Positions 18,264 to 27,260 of a DNA stretch of 64,000 bases are shown one piece after another. Every line of letters begins with the position of its first letter. The first letter of the stretch is position 1. Below the pieces are notes generated by a model. It saw only the letters and a list, made by a program, of their open reading frames with translations, searched no databases and was not told the DNA's origin. The position numbers and the translations under genes are program-made. Source of the stretch: an uncultured Candidatus Micrarchaeota archaeon (GTDB taxonomy: Archaea > Micrarchaeota > Micrarchaeia > Anstonellales > Bilamarchaeaceae); contig CAWDBH010000008.1 in NCBI GenBank assembly GCA_963800555.1, positions 113,117 to 177,116 of the forward strand. The letters run 5' to 3'.

Positions 18264-19670
18264 TCACTTGGTCCTTGCTCTTTTGAGTATCCCGGCGTCC
18301 ACTTCGGTCGGCCCGCTCGCGCTCGAGACGACTTTCTCCAAGTCATCCTTGCCCATGGCGCCTCTCTTCAAGACGAGCTCCTTCAGGCTCATGCCGCTGC
18401 CCAGCGCCTCGCGAACGAGAAGAGAGACCTCCTTGTAGCCTAGGTAAGGTATGAGCGCGGTGGCGTATCCGAACGAGCGGTTCAGGTTGTCCTTGGCTCT
18501 CTTACCGTCCACTTCGATGCCATCGATGCAATGCTTCCGGAACATGGAAGCGGATCCAGTGAGCAGCTCCTCGCTCTGGAGGATGTTGTGGGCTATAAGC
18601 GGCGCGCCGAAATTGAGCTCCAGCTGGCCCGACTGGGCGGCGAGCAGCACCGCCATATCATTCGCCATCACCTGCCAGCATGCCACGTCGACGGCTTCTG
18701 GTATGGACGGGTTTATCTTCCCTGGCATGATGGACGAGCCAGGCTCGACGTCCGGGATGATCAGCTCAGCGATCCCTCCCTTCGGCCCGGAGACCAGCAG
18801 CCTGATGTCGTTTGCTATCCTGGAGAGCGTGGCCGCGTACCTTTTGAGCGCTGCCGAGAAAGTTATGAAGTCGTTCATGTCCTGCGTCATCTGTACCGGG
18901 TCCTTGGCCATCCTGAATCTTCCAGTTTCATTCAGCCGCTCCACTATCCGTTTCCGGAACTCCGGGTGCGCGGTGATGCCGCTCCCAGTGGCCGTGCCGC
19001 CTATCCCGAGCTCGCCGAGCGCTTCGGCTGCCTTCTCTATCTCCTCCGCGTCCCGCTCGATGGCCCTTGCCCATGCAGCGAACGTCTGGCCGTATGTCAT
19101 CGGCACGGCATCCTGGAGATGGGTCCGGCCTATCTTCACCGTATCCTTGCATTCTACCGACTTCTTCACGAGCGCCTTACGGAGTTCCGCGGCTTCACTG
19201 ATAAGATTCGAGCTGAGGCTTATGGCGGCGATCCTCGCAGCCGCAGGCACGACATCATTGGAGCTCTGCGACATGTTCACATGGTTGTTCGGATGGACGA
19301 ACGCGTAGGCGCCCTTCTTCCCTCCGAGCAGCTCTTCTGCCCGGTTGGCTATGACCTCGTTCACATTCATGTGCAAAGGCGTCCCTGCGCCTGCCTGGAA
19401 AGCGTCTAGTACGAATTCCTTGTCTAATCTGCCTTCTATCACCTCGTCAGCTGCCCTGATGATGGCGTCCGCGGTCTTCTTATCGATTTTACCCAGTTCA
19501 AGATTCGTCTCAGCCGCGCATCTCTTGATGAGCGCCACCGCCCGTATGAGCTCAGGGTGGACTTTCATCCCGCCCAGCCTGAAATTTTTATCCGCTCTAG
19601 CGGTGAAAGATCCGTAATACGCCTCGTCAGGCACCTCGACTTTCCCTAAGAAATCCTCCTCAGTCCTCAT
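18264..19670 (-). CDS. Aspartate ammonia-lyase / class II fumarate hydratase family enzyme
   Basis: 'TEEDFLGKVEVPDEAYYG', 'TGTPLHMNVNEV', signature 'GSSIMPGKINPSIPEAV'. I cannot separate AspA from FumC by eye. Confidence 0.85.
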   Translation of the reverse strand: MRTEEDFLGKVEVPDEAYYGSFTARADKNFRLGGMKVHPELIRAVALIKRCAAETNLELGKIDKKTADAIIRAADEVIEGRLDKEFVLDAFQAGAGTPLHMNVNEVIANRAEELLGGKKGAYAFVHPNNHVNMSQSSNDVVPAAARIAAISLSSNLISEAAELRKALVKKSVECKDTVKIGRTHLQDAVPMTYGQTFAAWARAIERDAEEIEKAAEALGELGIGGTATGSGITAHPEFRKRIVERLNETGRFRMAKDPVQMTQDMNDFITFSAALKRYAATLSRIANDIRLLVSGPKGGIAELIIPDVEPGSSIMPGKINPSIPEAVDVACWQVMANDMAVLLAAQSGQLELNFGAPLIAHNILQSEELLTGSASMFRKHCIDGIEVDGKRAKDNLNRSFGYATALIPYLGYKEVSLLVREALGSGMSLKELVLKRGAMGKDDLEKVVSSASGPTEVDAGILKRARTK

Positions 19671-19685
19671 CAGAATCCCGGAGGT

Positions 19686-20345
19686 TTATTTCTTGAATGA
19701 TTTATAACGCCTGCTCCGTCCTCGGGGGGCATTCCTTCTATATAATGAGATCAATCCGCCTCCGAAAGCGAGGGCGGCCACAAGTATGGCGGACGGGCAG
19801 ATGCTGCCCGTTGCGGGCGCATTCCCTGTAATGTTTTGCGATGAATTGGATTTGTTCCCGGCATTTTGGGTGGTGTTGATCTGCGTGGCGTTGCTCCTAG
19901 GGGGGGTCTGATTGGTCAGGTTTTTGGTCGGAGGGGCCGGCTTCGAGTAGTTCGCGGCGGTTCCATTGCAGGGCGAGAGGTCGAAATGTATCTCCTTGTT
20001 CTGATAGCCGTATTTCTCGATCACCATGATGAAGAGCCCCTGCATCAGCTTCACGCTGCCTGGCAGCCTGCTGATAGCAACGCCTTCCGCATCCGTCTTC
20101 GTGCTGGAGATGACCTGCGATGAGAACTGTGTGTACTCCAGGTACACGTCCGCTTCGGAAACGGCAGAGAAATTATCGTCCATGACGGAGATGGTGACCG
20201 TGGAAGCTGTGCAGTCAGCGCTCATGGAATAAAGGAATTCCGGGAGGCTCGGGTCGCCCATGTTCTTCTGCTCGTATATCATCGGGCCGACTGACAATGC
20301 CTGGGTGACCGCGATCAATGCCATGAGCAGCAGCATGGTCCGCAT
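19686..20345 (-). CDS. Secreted protein, C-terminally membrane-anchored, with an N-glycosylation-sequon-rich stalk
   Basis: The real start is 'MRTMLLLMALIAVTQALS' (ATG 20345, 5 nt after the rfcS stop); the track ORF upstream of it overlaps rfcS. CarboxypepD_reg-like beta domain, then an N-x-S/T-rich linker, then the TM 'ILVAALAFGGGLISLY' followed by a basic tail. Confidence 0.55.
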   Translation of the reverse strand: MRTMLLLMALIAVTQALSVGPMIYEQKNMGDPSLPEFLYSMSADCTASTVTISVMDDNFSAVSEADVYLEYTQFSSQVISSTKTDAEGVAISRLPGSVKLMQGLFIMVIEKYGYQNKEIHFDLSPCNGTAANYSKPAPPTKNLTNQTPPRSNATQINTTQNAGNKSNSSQNITGNAPATGSICPSAILVAALAFGGGLISLYRRNAPRGRSRRYKSFKK

Positions 20346-20350
20346 ATGTG

Positions 20351-21313
20351 TCACGTGCACGCTATCCTGGCGAGGAACGCCTCGATCTGGATGCGCTCGT
20401 TCGCGCCCTGGACCAGGCGGAAGTTGGCTTCTCCGAGGGCTTCCACGAGCGCTATCCGCTTCTTCTCCGGGACCTCTAGCTTCGGGATCTCGCGGTAGAC
20501 CTGGAACAGGACGTCCTCTCCGGCCAGGCCGTAGTTTATCATGAGGCGGTCGAGGCTCTCCCTCGCCCTGACGAAATCCCCTTTCAAGGCAAGGTCCAGC
20601 ATCTCCCTGACCTCCTTGGGGGTCGCCTTGCTGCCTGTCTTGTGGACGAGCTCCTCGGTTATATGGTCCGAGTGTATGGCGCATCCCTGCAGGACATTGA
20701 GCGCTTTCCGCATGTCCCCTTCGGAGACGTAGAATATGGCATCAAGGGCCTTCTCATCCGCCTTCAACTTCTCTTCCTTGACCACGTGCTCGAGCGCTTT
20801 GCGCACGTCTTTCGCTCCGAGAGGCATGAACCTGAAGACCGAGCACCTGCTCTGTATCGGCTCGATTATCCTGGATGAATAGTTCGCCGATATTATGAAT
20901 CTGGTCACAGAAGAATTGGATTCCATGGTCCTCCTGAGGGCCTGCTGGGCATCGGCCGTCAGAGCATCTCCTTCGTCCAGGAATATGAGCTTGAACGGGA
21001 CTTCCGTGAGCGCGGACGATCGCGCGAAATCCTTGATCCTTCCCCTCACCACGTCTATGCCCCGTTCGTCGCTCGCGTTCAATTCCAGGAAGTTGCCGGA
21101 GACCGCACCGGAATATATCTCGTGCGCCAGCGCGAGGCAGCAGGTCGTTTTTCCTACGCCTGGCGGCCCGGCGAAGAGCAGGTTCGGCATGTTTTTTGTC
21201 CTGACGAACGCCTTGAGGCTGTCCACTATGTCTTTTTGGCCTACGACGTCATCGAGCTTCTTCGGCCTGTATTTCTCTGTCCATGGGAGTATGTCCGAGT
21301 TCTTGCGTTCCAT
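20351..21313 (-). CDS. rfcS: Replication factor C small subunit
   Basis: 'WTEKYRPKKLDDVVGQ', 'LLFAGPPGVGKTT', 'IFLDEGDALT', 'IQSRCSVFRF'. Confidence 0.9.
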   Translation of the reverse strand: MERKNSDILPWTEKYRPKKLDDVVGQKDIVDSLKAFVRTKNMPNLLFAGPPGVGKTTCCLALAHEIYSGAVSGNFLELNASDERGIDVVRGRIKDFARSSALTEVPFKLIFLDEGDALTADAQQALRRTMESNSSVTRFIISANYSSRIIEPIQSRCSVFRFMPLGAKDVRKALEHVVKEEKLKADEKALDAIFYVSEGDMRKALNVLQGCAIHSDHITEELVHKTGSKATPKEVREMLDLALKGDFVRARESLDRLMINYGLAGEDVLFQVYREIPKLEVPEKKRIALVEALGEANFRLVQGANERIQIEAFLARIACT

Positions 21314-21385
21314 TTTATCAAATCCGTATATGCAGTTCTATATCAACGTATATAAATTTTATCCGATAGACAAGTGGTGATACTT
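21314..21385. promoter_or_regulatory. Divergent promoter region (rfcS <-> kaiC-like)
   Basis: A/T-rich TATA-like boxes 'GTATATAAATTTT' (21348-21360) and 'TCTATATCAA'. SD 'GGTGAT' lies upstream of ATG 21386. Confidence 0.35.
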
Positions 21386-22072
21386 ATGGACCGCATTCAG
21401 ACAGGCATAACCGGATTGGATGAGATGCTCAACGGGGGGATTCCCGCAGGCCGACACGTGGCGCTTTACGGAGGCCCTGGCGCAGGTAAGACGTCCGTCT
21501 GCTTTGAGTTCCTCTATCGCGGTGCCAAGATGGGCGAGAACGGCCTCTACATCACTCTCGAAGAAACCGTAGAGGATATAACAGAGAATATGAAAGGCAC
21601 CTTCCCGCTCCTCTCAGAGGTGCCGCAGCTGGTGGAGAACAAGTCCCTGGAGATAATCAAGCCAGACAAGCTCGAGCTCGAGGAGGTCGCGAACCTGCTC
21701 GAGGAGCGCATCACCTCCAACGGCATAAAGCGCGCGGTCATAGACTCGGCTACAATGATCCGGCTCTCGTTCAAGAACGACATAGAATACAGGCAGACGC
21801 TTTTCGAGTTTTTATCTCTCTTGCGCAACCTGGATGTCACCACGATAACGACTGTGGAAGCGACCACCGCCAGGAGGGAGGAGATGCGGTTCGATATCGA
21901 GCATTTCGTGATGGACGGCATCATCAACCTCTACAACCTCGATAGGGAAGACCGACGTGTTCGGGCATTGGAAGTGTTCAAGATGCGCGGAACGGACCAC
22001 TCGCGGGACCTGGTGCCGTTCAAGGTCACCCCTTCTGGGATAAAGGTATACGTAGGAGAAAAAGTATTCTGA
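21386..22072 (+). CDS. Single-domain KaiC/RadA-like RecA-superfamily ATPase
   Basis: 'IQTGITGLDEMLNGGIPAGRHVALYGGPGAGKTSVCFEFL', 'GLYITLEE', 'VIDSATMI', 'RALEVFKMRGTDH'. Confidence 0.75.
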   Translation: MDRIQTGITGLDEMLNGGIPAGRHVALYGGPGAGKTSVCFEFLYRGAKMGENGLYITLEETVEDITENMKGTFPLLSEVPQLVENKSLEIIKPDKLELEEVANLLEERITSNGIKRAVIDSATMIRLSFKNDIEYRQTLFEFLSLLRNLDVTTITTVEATTARREEMRFDIEHFVMDGIINLYNLDREDRRVRALEVFKMRGTDHSRDLVPFKVTPSGIKVYVGEKVF

Positions 22073-22080
22073 TTTTTTTA

Positions 22081-23076
22081 TTATTTTAATTTCGCATTAT
22101 GATCGCAGGCATCCCTGTTCGATTCGATGGCGCTCCTCTCATCAGGTGCGAGCTTCTCTCCTGAATTGAGAGCGTTCTGGAAATGCCTCGCGCATTCAGC
22201 CCATTTTTTCGTATTGTAAGCTGTTTCCCCAGCCTGCAATTCCTCGTTGTAAGTCCCGCGTTTCTCTTCCTTGGCGTATTTCGGGTCGAGCTCCGCCGCC
22301 TTCTTGAAATGTTTCGAAGATTTTGCCATATCCCCAGCCTTCTCGTAGAGGATGCCCAGGTTTTGGTGGACGTACGCGTCGTCCCCATAGAATCTGAGCG
22401 CCGTCTCATACGCCTTGATGGCCTCTTGGGGTTTCCCATTGTCGCGCAGGTCGTCTCCCCATTCGCGGTGATACATCTCTGCCGCTTGGTCGAAAGTCAG
22501 GTCCATGATGAGCGTAGGTTTACCCTGGGCGGTAGTGCCGAGTTTTCCCGCCTGGAGGTCTATCACGACTTTTCTCTTTCCGTCCATGACATATGGGACC
22601 ATGTGGTCCTCATCCGCAGGCGCGTTCGGGAAATGCACAACCATTGCCCTGCCTTTGGCTCCTGCCTCTTTGAGTATAGAAATGACGACCGTAGCTAGCT
22701 CGGTGCAGTCGCCGCCATCATCCAATGTTTCGGACGCGGTCCTCGGTGCCCTGTGCTCCCCATCCACGACCGTTATCCCCTCGGTGGCTCCTCTATGAAG
22801 CTTGTCGAATAAGGCCCGCGCCTTCTCCAGGTCGCTTCCCTTCAACGAGGCGGCGATCTCATTTATCCTGGCATTAGCCACGAACGGATCGGTTTTGCTG
22901 TTGTATTTGGACTGCTGGGCATACGCTGTCCGCTCCATCGGGCCAGCGACCATAGGAGAGAAAGCTGTCAGGGCGATGCCGAGAGCTATGCTTCTGGAGA
23001 AGTTTCCTGATATTCCCCCTTTTACTTCTGTTCTCTTTGCAATCTGGGGCTTAAGGCTGTCGAATACGAGCTGCAT
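22081..23076 (-). CDS. Exported transglutaminase-like cysteine protease domain plus TPR protein
   Basis: N-terminal hydrophobic segment. 'DDGGDCTELATVVISILK' and 'DEDHMVPYV' resemble a Cys/His core. C-terminal TPRs 'AIKAYETALRFYGDDAYVHQNLGILYEKAGD'. Confidence 0.55.
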   Translation of the reverse strand: MQLVFDSLKPQIAKRTEVKGGISGNFSRSIALGIALTAFSPMVAGPMERTAYAQQSKYNSKTDPFVANARINEIAASLKGSDLEKARALFDKLHRGATEGITVVDGEHRAPRTASETLDDGGDCTELATVVISILKEAGAKGRAMVVHFPNAPADEDHMVPYVMDGKRKVVIDLQAGKLGTTAQGKPTLIMDLTFDQAAEMYHREWGDDLRDNGKPQEAIKAYETALRFYGDDAYVHQNLGILYEKAGDMAKSSKHFKKAAELDPKYAKEEKRGTYNEELQAGETAYNTKKWAECARHFQNALNSGEKLAPDERSAIESNRDACDHNAKLK

Positions 23077-23204
23077 ATGGTATATTATTGATAAAAAGTG
23101 TTTATAAATGTGCAGTTTTCAGATCCAGCCGCACCCGAGACATACCATTTTTAACAGTATGAGGCATCTCATTCTCGATAACCACCACACGGATTAGTGT
23201 TTCT

Positions 23205-26036
23205 ATGTACGATCACCGCAAATCAGAGAAGGAGATCCTCGAGTTCTGGGAGAAGAACTCCATATACAAGAAGGCCAAGGAGAAGAACAAAGGCAAGGAG
23301 ACTTTCTACTTCTGCGACGGGCCGCCCTACGCCACGGGCCAGATACACCCGGGCACAGGATGGAACAAGACGATAAAAGACGCGGTCTGCCGCTACCAGA
23401 GGATGTGCGGGAAAGACGTGCGCGTGCAGGCCGGCTACGACACCCATGGGCTTCCTATAGAGGTGAAAGTAGAGCAGGAGCTGAAATTCAAGAGCAAGAA
23501 CGACATAGAGAAGTATGGCATAGGCAAATTCGTGGATAAATGCAAGGAGTTCGCGACCAAATACGTCGGCATAATGGGGAAGCAGTTCATCTCGCTCGGC
23601 GTGTGGATGGATTTCGATCCCCCGTACATCACCTTTCATGACGATTACATCAACTCCTCATGGAAGACACTGAAGATGGCGCATGAGCGCAGCCTCCTGC
23701 ATGAAGGCATATATGTGCTCCCCTACTGCTACAGGTGCGAGACCACGATAGCGAACTACGAGCTCGAGTATGATGATGAGACGGATCCAAGCGTATACGT
23801 CAAATTCCCGGTCAAAGGCAAGGAGAAAGAGTTCCTCATAGTGTGGACGACCACCCCGTGGACCTTGATAGCCAACATGGGCGTGATGGTTCACCCGACA
23901 TTCGCCTACGTCCGCGCCAAAGTAGACGACGAAATATGGGTAATCGCAAAGGAGCGGCTCGACCATCTCATGCAGATACTGGGGAAAAGCGCAGTGATCG
24001 CGGAGGAGTTGCCTGGCAGGAAGCTGAACGGCATCGAATACATTCATCCGTTCCAGGACAAGATACACAAGCACTATGACCGCAAGGTCGTGCTCAGCGA
24101 AGAATATGTCACTCTGGAAGACGGCACCGGCCTCGTGCACATGGCGCCAGGCCACGGGCCGGCGGATTTCATCATAGGCAAGCGCTGCGGAATCGAGATA
24201 TTCTGTCCCGTGGACGGCAAAGGGAACTACACCGATGATTCCGGTGCCGATTGGGCCGGAAGAAACGTCCGCGAGGCGAACCCGTCGGTCATAGCAGTCA
24301 TGAAAGACAACGGCTCCCTTGTCTACGAGGCGCGCATACGCCACCGCTACCCCCACTGCTGGCGCTGCAAGACGCCCTTGATCTTCATCACCACCAAGCA
24401 ATGGTTCATCACCATCTCCAAGATAAAGAACCTCATGCTCAACGAAATAGACAAGACCGAATGGCACCCTGATTTCGCCAAGGAGCGTTTCAAGGAATTC
24501 GTGAGCAACGCGCCGGACTGGTGCATCTCGCGCCAGAGGTACTGGGGCATCCCGCTGCCTATATGGAAGTGCGAATGCCAGAAAATCAAGGTCATCGGGT
24601 CCAGAGACGAGATACCTAAGGTGAAGGAGCTCCACCGTCCGTATCTGGACGAGATAACCCTGCCATGCGAATGCGGCAAGGAGATGAGACGCATACCGGA
24701 CGTCCTCGACGTATGGTTCGATTCCGGCAATGCGGTCTGGGCGATACTTTCCCCAGAGGATGCCAAACGCTACGGTGAGCGCGCCGATCTCATCATAGAA
24801 GGCCAGGACCAGATAAGGGGCTGGTTCTACTCCCTGCTCGGATCAGGTGTCGTTCGCTATGGCGCCTGCCCGTACAAGCGTGTCCTCATGCACGGATTCT
24901 TCGTGGATGAGAAAGGGGTGAAGATGAGCAAATCCGTAGGCAATTTCATACCGCTAGAGCAGATACTCGACAAGTACGGGGCGGATAGCTTCAGGCTCTG
25001 GGGCATTAGCAACACAATCTGGGACGAGCTGAAATTCAGCTGGGACGAAATGAAGAAAGCGACGTCCGATATCAACATAGTCCTTAACATGGTCTCGTTC
25101 CTGGAAAGGTTCTACCCCGCGAAGAAGATAGAGAATCCTGAACTGACGAAACTCGACGAATGGATGATCAGCCGCCTCAACACAACGCTGAAGGAGTTTA
25201 GGGACGGGTTCGATAAATACGAGGTCAACCGCTCCGCGAAAGCGCTCCGTAATTTCATCGTGGAGGATGTGAGCCGCTTCTACATGAAGGTCGCCAAGGA
25301 GCGCATATCCTCTGGAGACAAGCCCGAAGCCGCGCTCTTCGTGATCTACAACGTCATGCTGCAATCGCTCAAGATGCTCGGCTGCATGAGCCCGATGGTG
25401 AGCGAGCACCTCTACCAGCGCTTCTTCAGGAAATTCGAGAAAGAGGAGTCGCTCTTCCTGCTCCAGCTCGAGCCTTCAGATGACGGCGCCATAAACGCGC
25501 TCCACGAGAAGCACATGGAGACCGTGAAGGAAATAGTGTCCGTGGCGCTTCTAGCCAGGCAGACAGCCAACCTCAAGGTCCGCTGGCCCATCCGCACCCT
25601 CTATGTGGAGACCAAAGCCCATGAAGCCAAAGAGGCCGCTGAAGCGTTCCAGGACATCATCTTATCCATGGTGAAGGCCAAGGAGCTCAAGGTCGTGGAT
25701 GCATTGCCTCTGGGCGAGCTGGCCAGCCAGGTTTTCTCCAAAGGCACGATCCATCTGGATAAAAAGATAGACGAGGAGCTCTACGAAGAGGGCATAATGA
25801 ACGAGGTCAAGCGCCGCATACAGATCATGCGCAAGGAAGCCCAACTAGTGGAGAGCGACAAGATCCTGGTCAGCATCTCATGCGAGAAGGAGATGGAAGC
25901 GATCGTGAAGAAGAACCAGAAGACGCTTTCAGAGGCCGTCAACGCCATCGAGATAAAATTCGCCGTGGAGAAGACTATGACTGAATATGAGATCGACGGT
26001 CGGCTGCTGAAAGTCGCGCTGAAGAAGCACGAGTGA
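23205..26036 (+). CDS. ileS: Isoleucyl-tRNA synthetase
   Basis: 'FYFCDGPPYATGQIHPGTGWNKTIKD', 'GYDTHGLPIEVKVEQ', 'WCISRQRYWGIPLP', 'KMSKSVGN'. The HIGH motif reads HPGT. Confidence 0.85.
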   Translation: MYDHRKSEKEILEFWEKNSIYKKAKEKNKGKETFYFCDGPPYATGQIHPGTGWNKTIKDAVCRYQRMCGKDVRVQAGYDTHGLPIEVKVEQELKFKSKNDIEKYGIGKFVDKCKEFATKYVGIMGKQFISLGVWMDFDPPYITFHDDYINSSWKTLKMAHERSLLHEGIYVLPYCYRCETTIANYELEYDDETDPSVYVKFPVKGKEKEFLIVWTTTPWTLIANMGVMVHPTFAYVRAKVDDEIWVIAKERLDHLMQILGKSAVIAEELPGRKLNGIEYIHPFQDKIHKHYDRKVVLSEEYVTLEDGTGLVHMAPGHGPADFIIGKRCGIEIFCPVDGKGNYTDDSGADWAGRNVREANPSVIAVMKDNGSLVYEARIRHRYPHCWRCKTPLIFITTKQWFITISKIKNLMLNEIDKTEWHPDFAKERFKEFVSNAPDWCISRQRYWGIPLPIWKCECQKIKVIGSRDEIPKVKELHRPYLDEITLPCECGKEMRRIPDVLDVWFDSGNAVWAILSPEDAKRYGERADLIIEGQDQIRGWFYSLLGSGVVRYGACPYKRVLMHGFFVDEKGVKMSKSVGNFIPLEQILDKYGADSFRLWGISNTIWDELKFSWDEMKKATSDINIVLNMVSFLERFYPAKKIENPELTKLDEWMISRLNTTLKEFRDGFDKYEVNRSAKALRNFIVEDVSRFYMKVAKERISSGDKPEAALFVIYNVMLQSLKMLGCMSPMVSEHLYQRFFRKFEKEESLFLLQLEPSDDGAINALHEKHMETVKEIVSVALLARQTANLKVRWPIRTLYVETKAHEAKEAAEAFQDIILSMVKAKELKVVDALPLGELASQVFSKGTIHLDKKIDEELYEEGIMNEVKRRIQIMRKEAQLVESDKILVSISCEKEMEAIVKKNQKTLSEAVNAIEIKFAVEKTMTEYEIDGRLLKVALKKHE

Positions 26037-26040
26037 GAGT

Positions 26041-26499
26041 ATGAAATCTCTGGTCGTGTACTATTCGCGGACAGGTAATACGCGTCTTGTAGCTCAGGAA
26101 ATCGCGCGCTAGCTCGGAAGCGATATCGAAGAAGTGACAGTCAAAGGGAAACGGGACGGCCCGCTCGGCTACATGAAATGCGGGTTCGAATCGAGCCGGC
26201 GCATTCCGGCCACGATAAACGCCCCATCGAAGGATCCTTCCGCATACGACATCCTGATAATCGGCGGCCCGATCTGGTCGTTCACTCTATCATCCCCTAT
26301 CCGGGCTTACCTGTCCAAGTACAAGGCAAAGAAGGCCGCGTTCTTCTGCACGATGGGTGGCGTGGGTTCCGCGAAGGCGTTCTCCGAGATGTCGCTTCTA
26401 TGCGGGAACGCTGCCGCTACCCTTGCGATAAAAGAGAACGAGATACAAGACGGTTCTTATAAGGAAAAGATAAAATGGTTCGTCAAGAGCCTTAGTTAG
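26041..26499 (+). pseudogene. Flavodoxin-like protein interrupted by an in-frame TAG at codon 24 (26110-26112)
   Basis: ATG 26041 gives 'MKSLVVYYSRTGNTRLVAQEIAR*LGSDIEEVTVKG...'. This is in frame with track ORF 26134-26499 ('ILIIGGPIWSFTLSSPIRAYL...FFCTMGG'). Confidence 0.6.
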
Positions 26500-26689
26500 C
26501 GCTCTTGAACAGCCTTCTCTTGTTCATGACGGACCAGCAGCTCTTGCAGATGATCCTGTGGCCGATTTTTTTCCGTTTTTGGCTCTTTATGCATGGATAG
26601 CATATGATCTTGTTGCAGTAATCACATTTCTCGAGCTTGGCAGTCTGGTTGCCGCATCGTGCGCATGTTTCAATAGTCATTGATTTCAC
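26492..26689 (-). CDS. Small Cys-rich zinc-finger protein (65 aa)
   Basis: Four CxxC pairs ('CARC','CDYC','CYPC','CKSC'). Confidence 0.45.
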   Translation of the reverse strand: MKSMTIETCARCGNQTAKLEKCDYCNKIICYPCIKSQKRKKIGHRIICKSCWSVMNKRRLFKSAN

Positions 26690-26768
26690 TCTCTGGAAAT
26701 TTAATCATAGAATTATGACGTATATCAATATGGAAAACTATTTAATTGATACCTTGTGATGCTAAGTC

Positions 26769-27260
26769 ATGAGAAAAGGTCAAGCCGCGATAGAGTACCT
26801 AACAACCTACGGGTGGGCGCTATTGGCTCTCGTCATAGTGTTCGCAGCCCTGTTCGCCAGCGGCGCGCTCACACCCAATTACCTCGTATCCGAGGAATGC
26901 ACTTTCGGCACCTATTTCCAATGCCAGTCCGTCCTGTTCGACCAAGGGTCCTCATCCAACCTGAACATCCAATTCTTCAACGGATTCCCCTACAAGATCA
27001 AGATAGATAACCTCACCATAACCAGCCAGGACGGCACCCGGCAGGTGGCCTGGATAACCTACCTAGCCAATGGCATAGAACTCGAAAGCGGAACAAACAC
27101 GACCCTGACCGGGATCGTATCAGGTTCGAGATTGCCTCCTGGATCGATCGAGCGCTTCTATGGAAACATCACATACGAGTCCTGCGCCCCGGAGCTCGGC
27201 AGTTGCGGATCGAACCATTCGATAACCGGAAGCATAACCGCGAAAGTTATCGGCCAATGA
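26769..27260 (+). CDS. Archaeal type IV pilin-like protein (class III signal peptide, Gln+1 type)
   Basis: 'MRKG|QAAIEYLTTYGWALLALVIVFAALF': KG|Q cleavage motif, Glu at +5, hydrophobic helix. Confidence 0.65.
   Translation: MRKGQAAIEYLTTYGWALLALVIVFAALFASGALTPNYLVSEECTFGTYFQCQSVLFDQGSSSNLNIQFFNGFPYKIKIDNLTITSQDGTRQVAWITYLANGIELESGTNTTLTGIVSGSRLPPGSIERFYGNITYESCAPELGSCGSNHSITGSITAKVIGQ

Noticed and set aside
23077-23204. 128-nt ileS leader as a possible riboswitch or T-box-like element
   Set aside because: I could find no convincing conserved stem-loops or specifier-like structure, and T-boxes are not known in archaea. It is probably just a promoter (TATA-like 'GTTTATAAATG') plus 5' UTR.
23658-24635. 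Long antisense ORFs inside ileS (23658-24635), the FAD oxidoreductase (37798-39006), hppA (39659-40621) and the AAA/giant genes
   Set aside because: Each overlaps a strongly supported gene on the other strand and lacks any motif.
26110-26112. TAG as pyrrolysine or a reassigned sense codon
   Set aside because: TAG terminates the same flavodoxin-like gene (26497-26499) as well as the TFB-like gene and trpD. It therefore behaves as a normal stop in this genome. No pyl genes are in the window.
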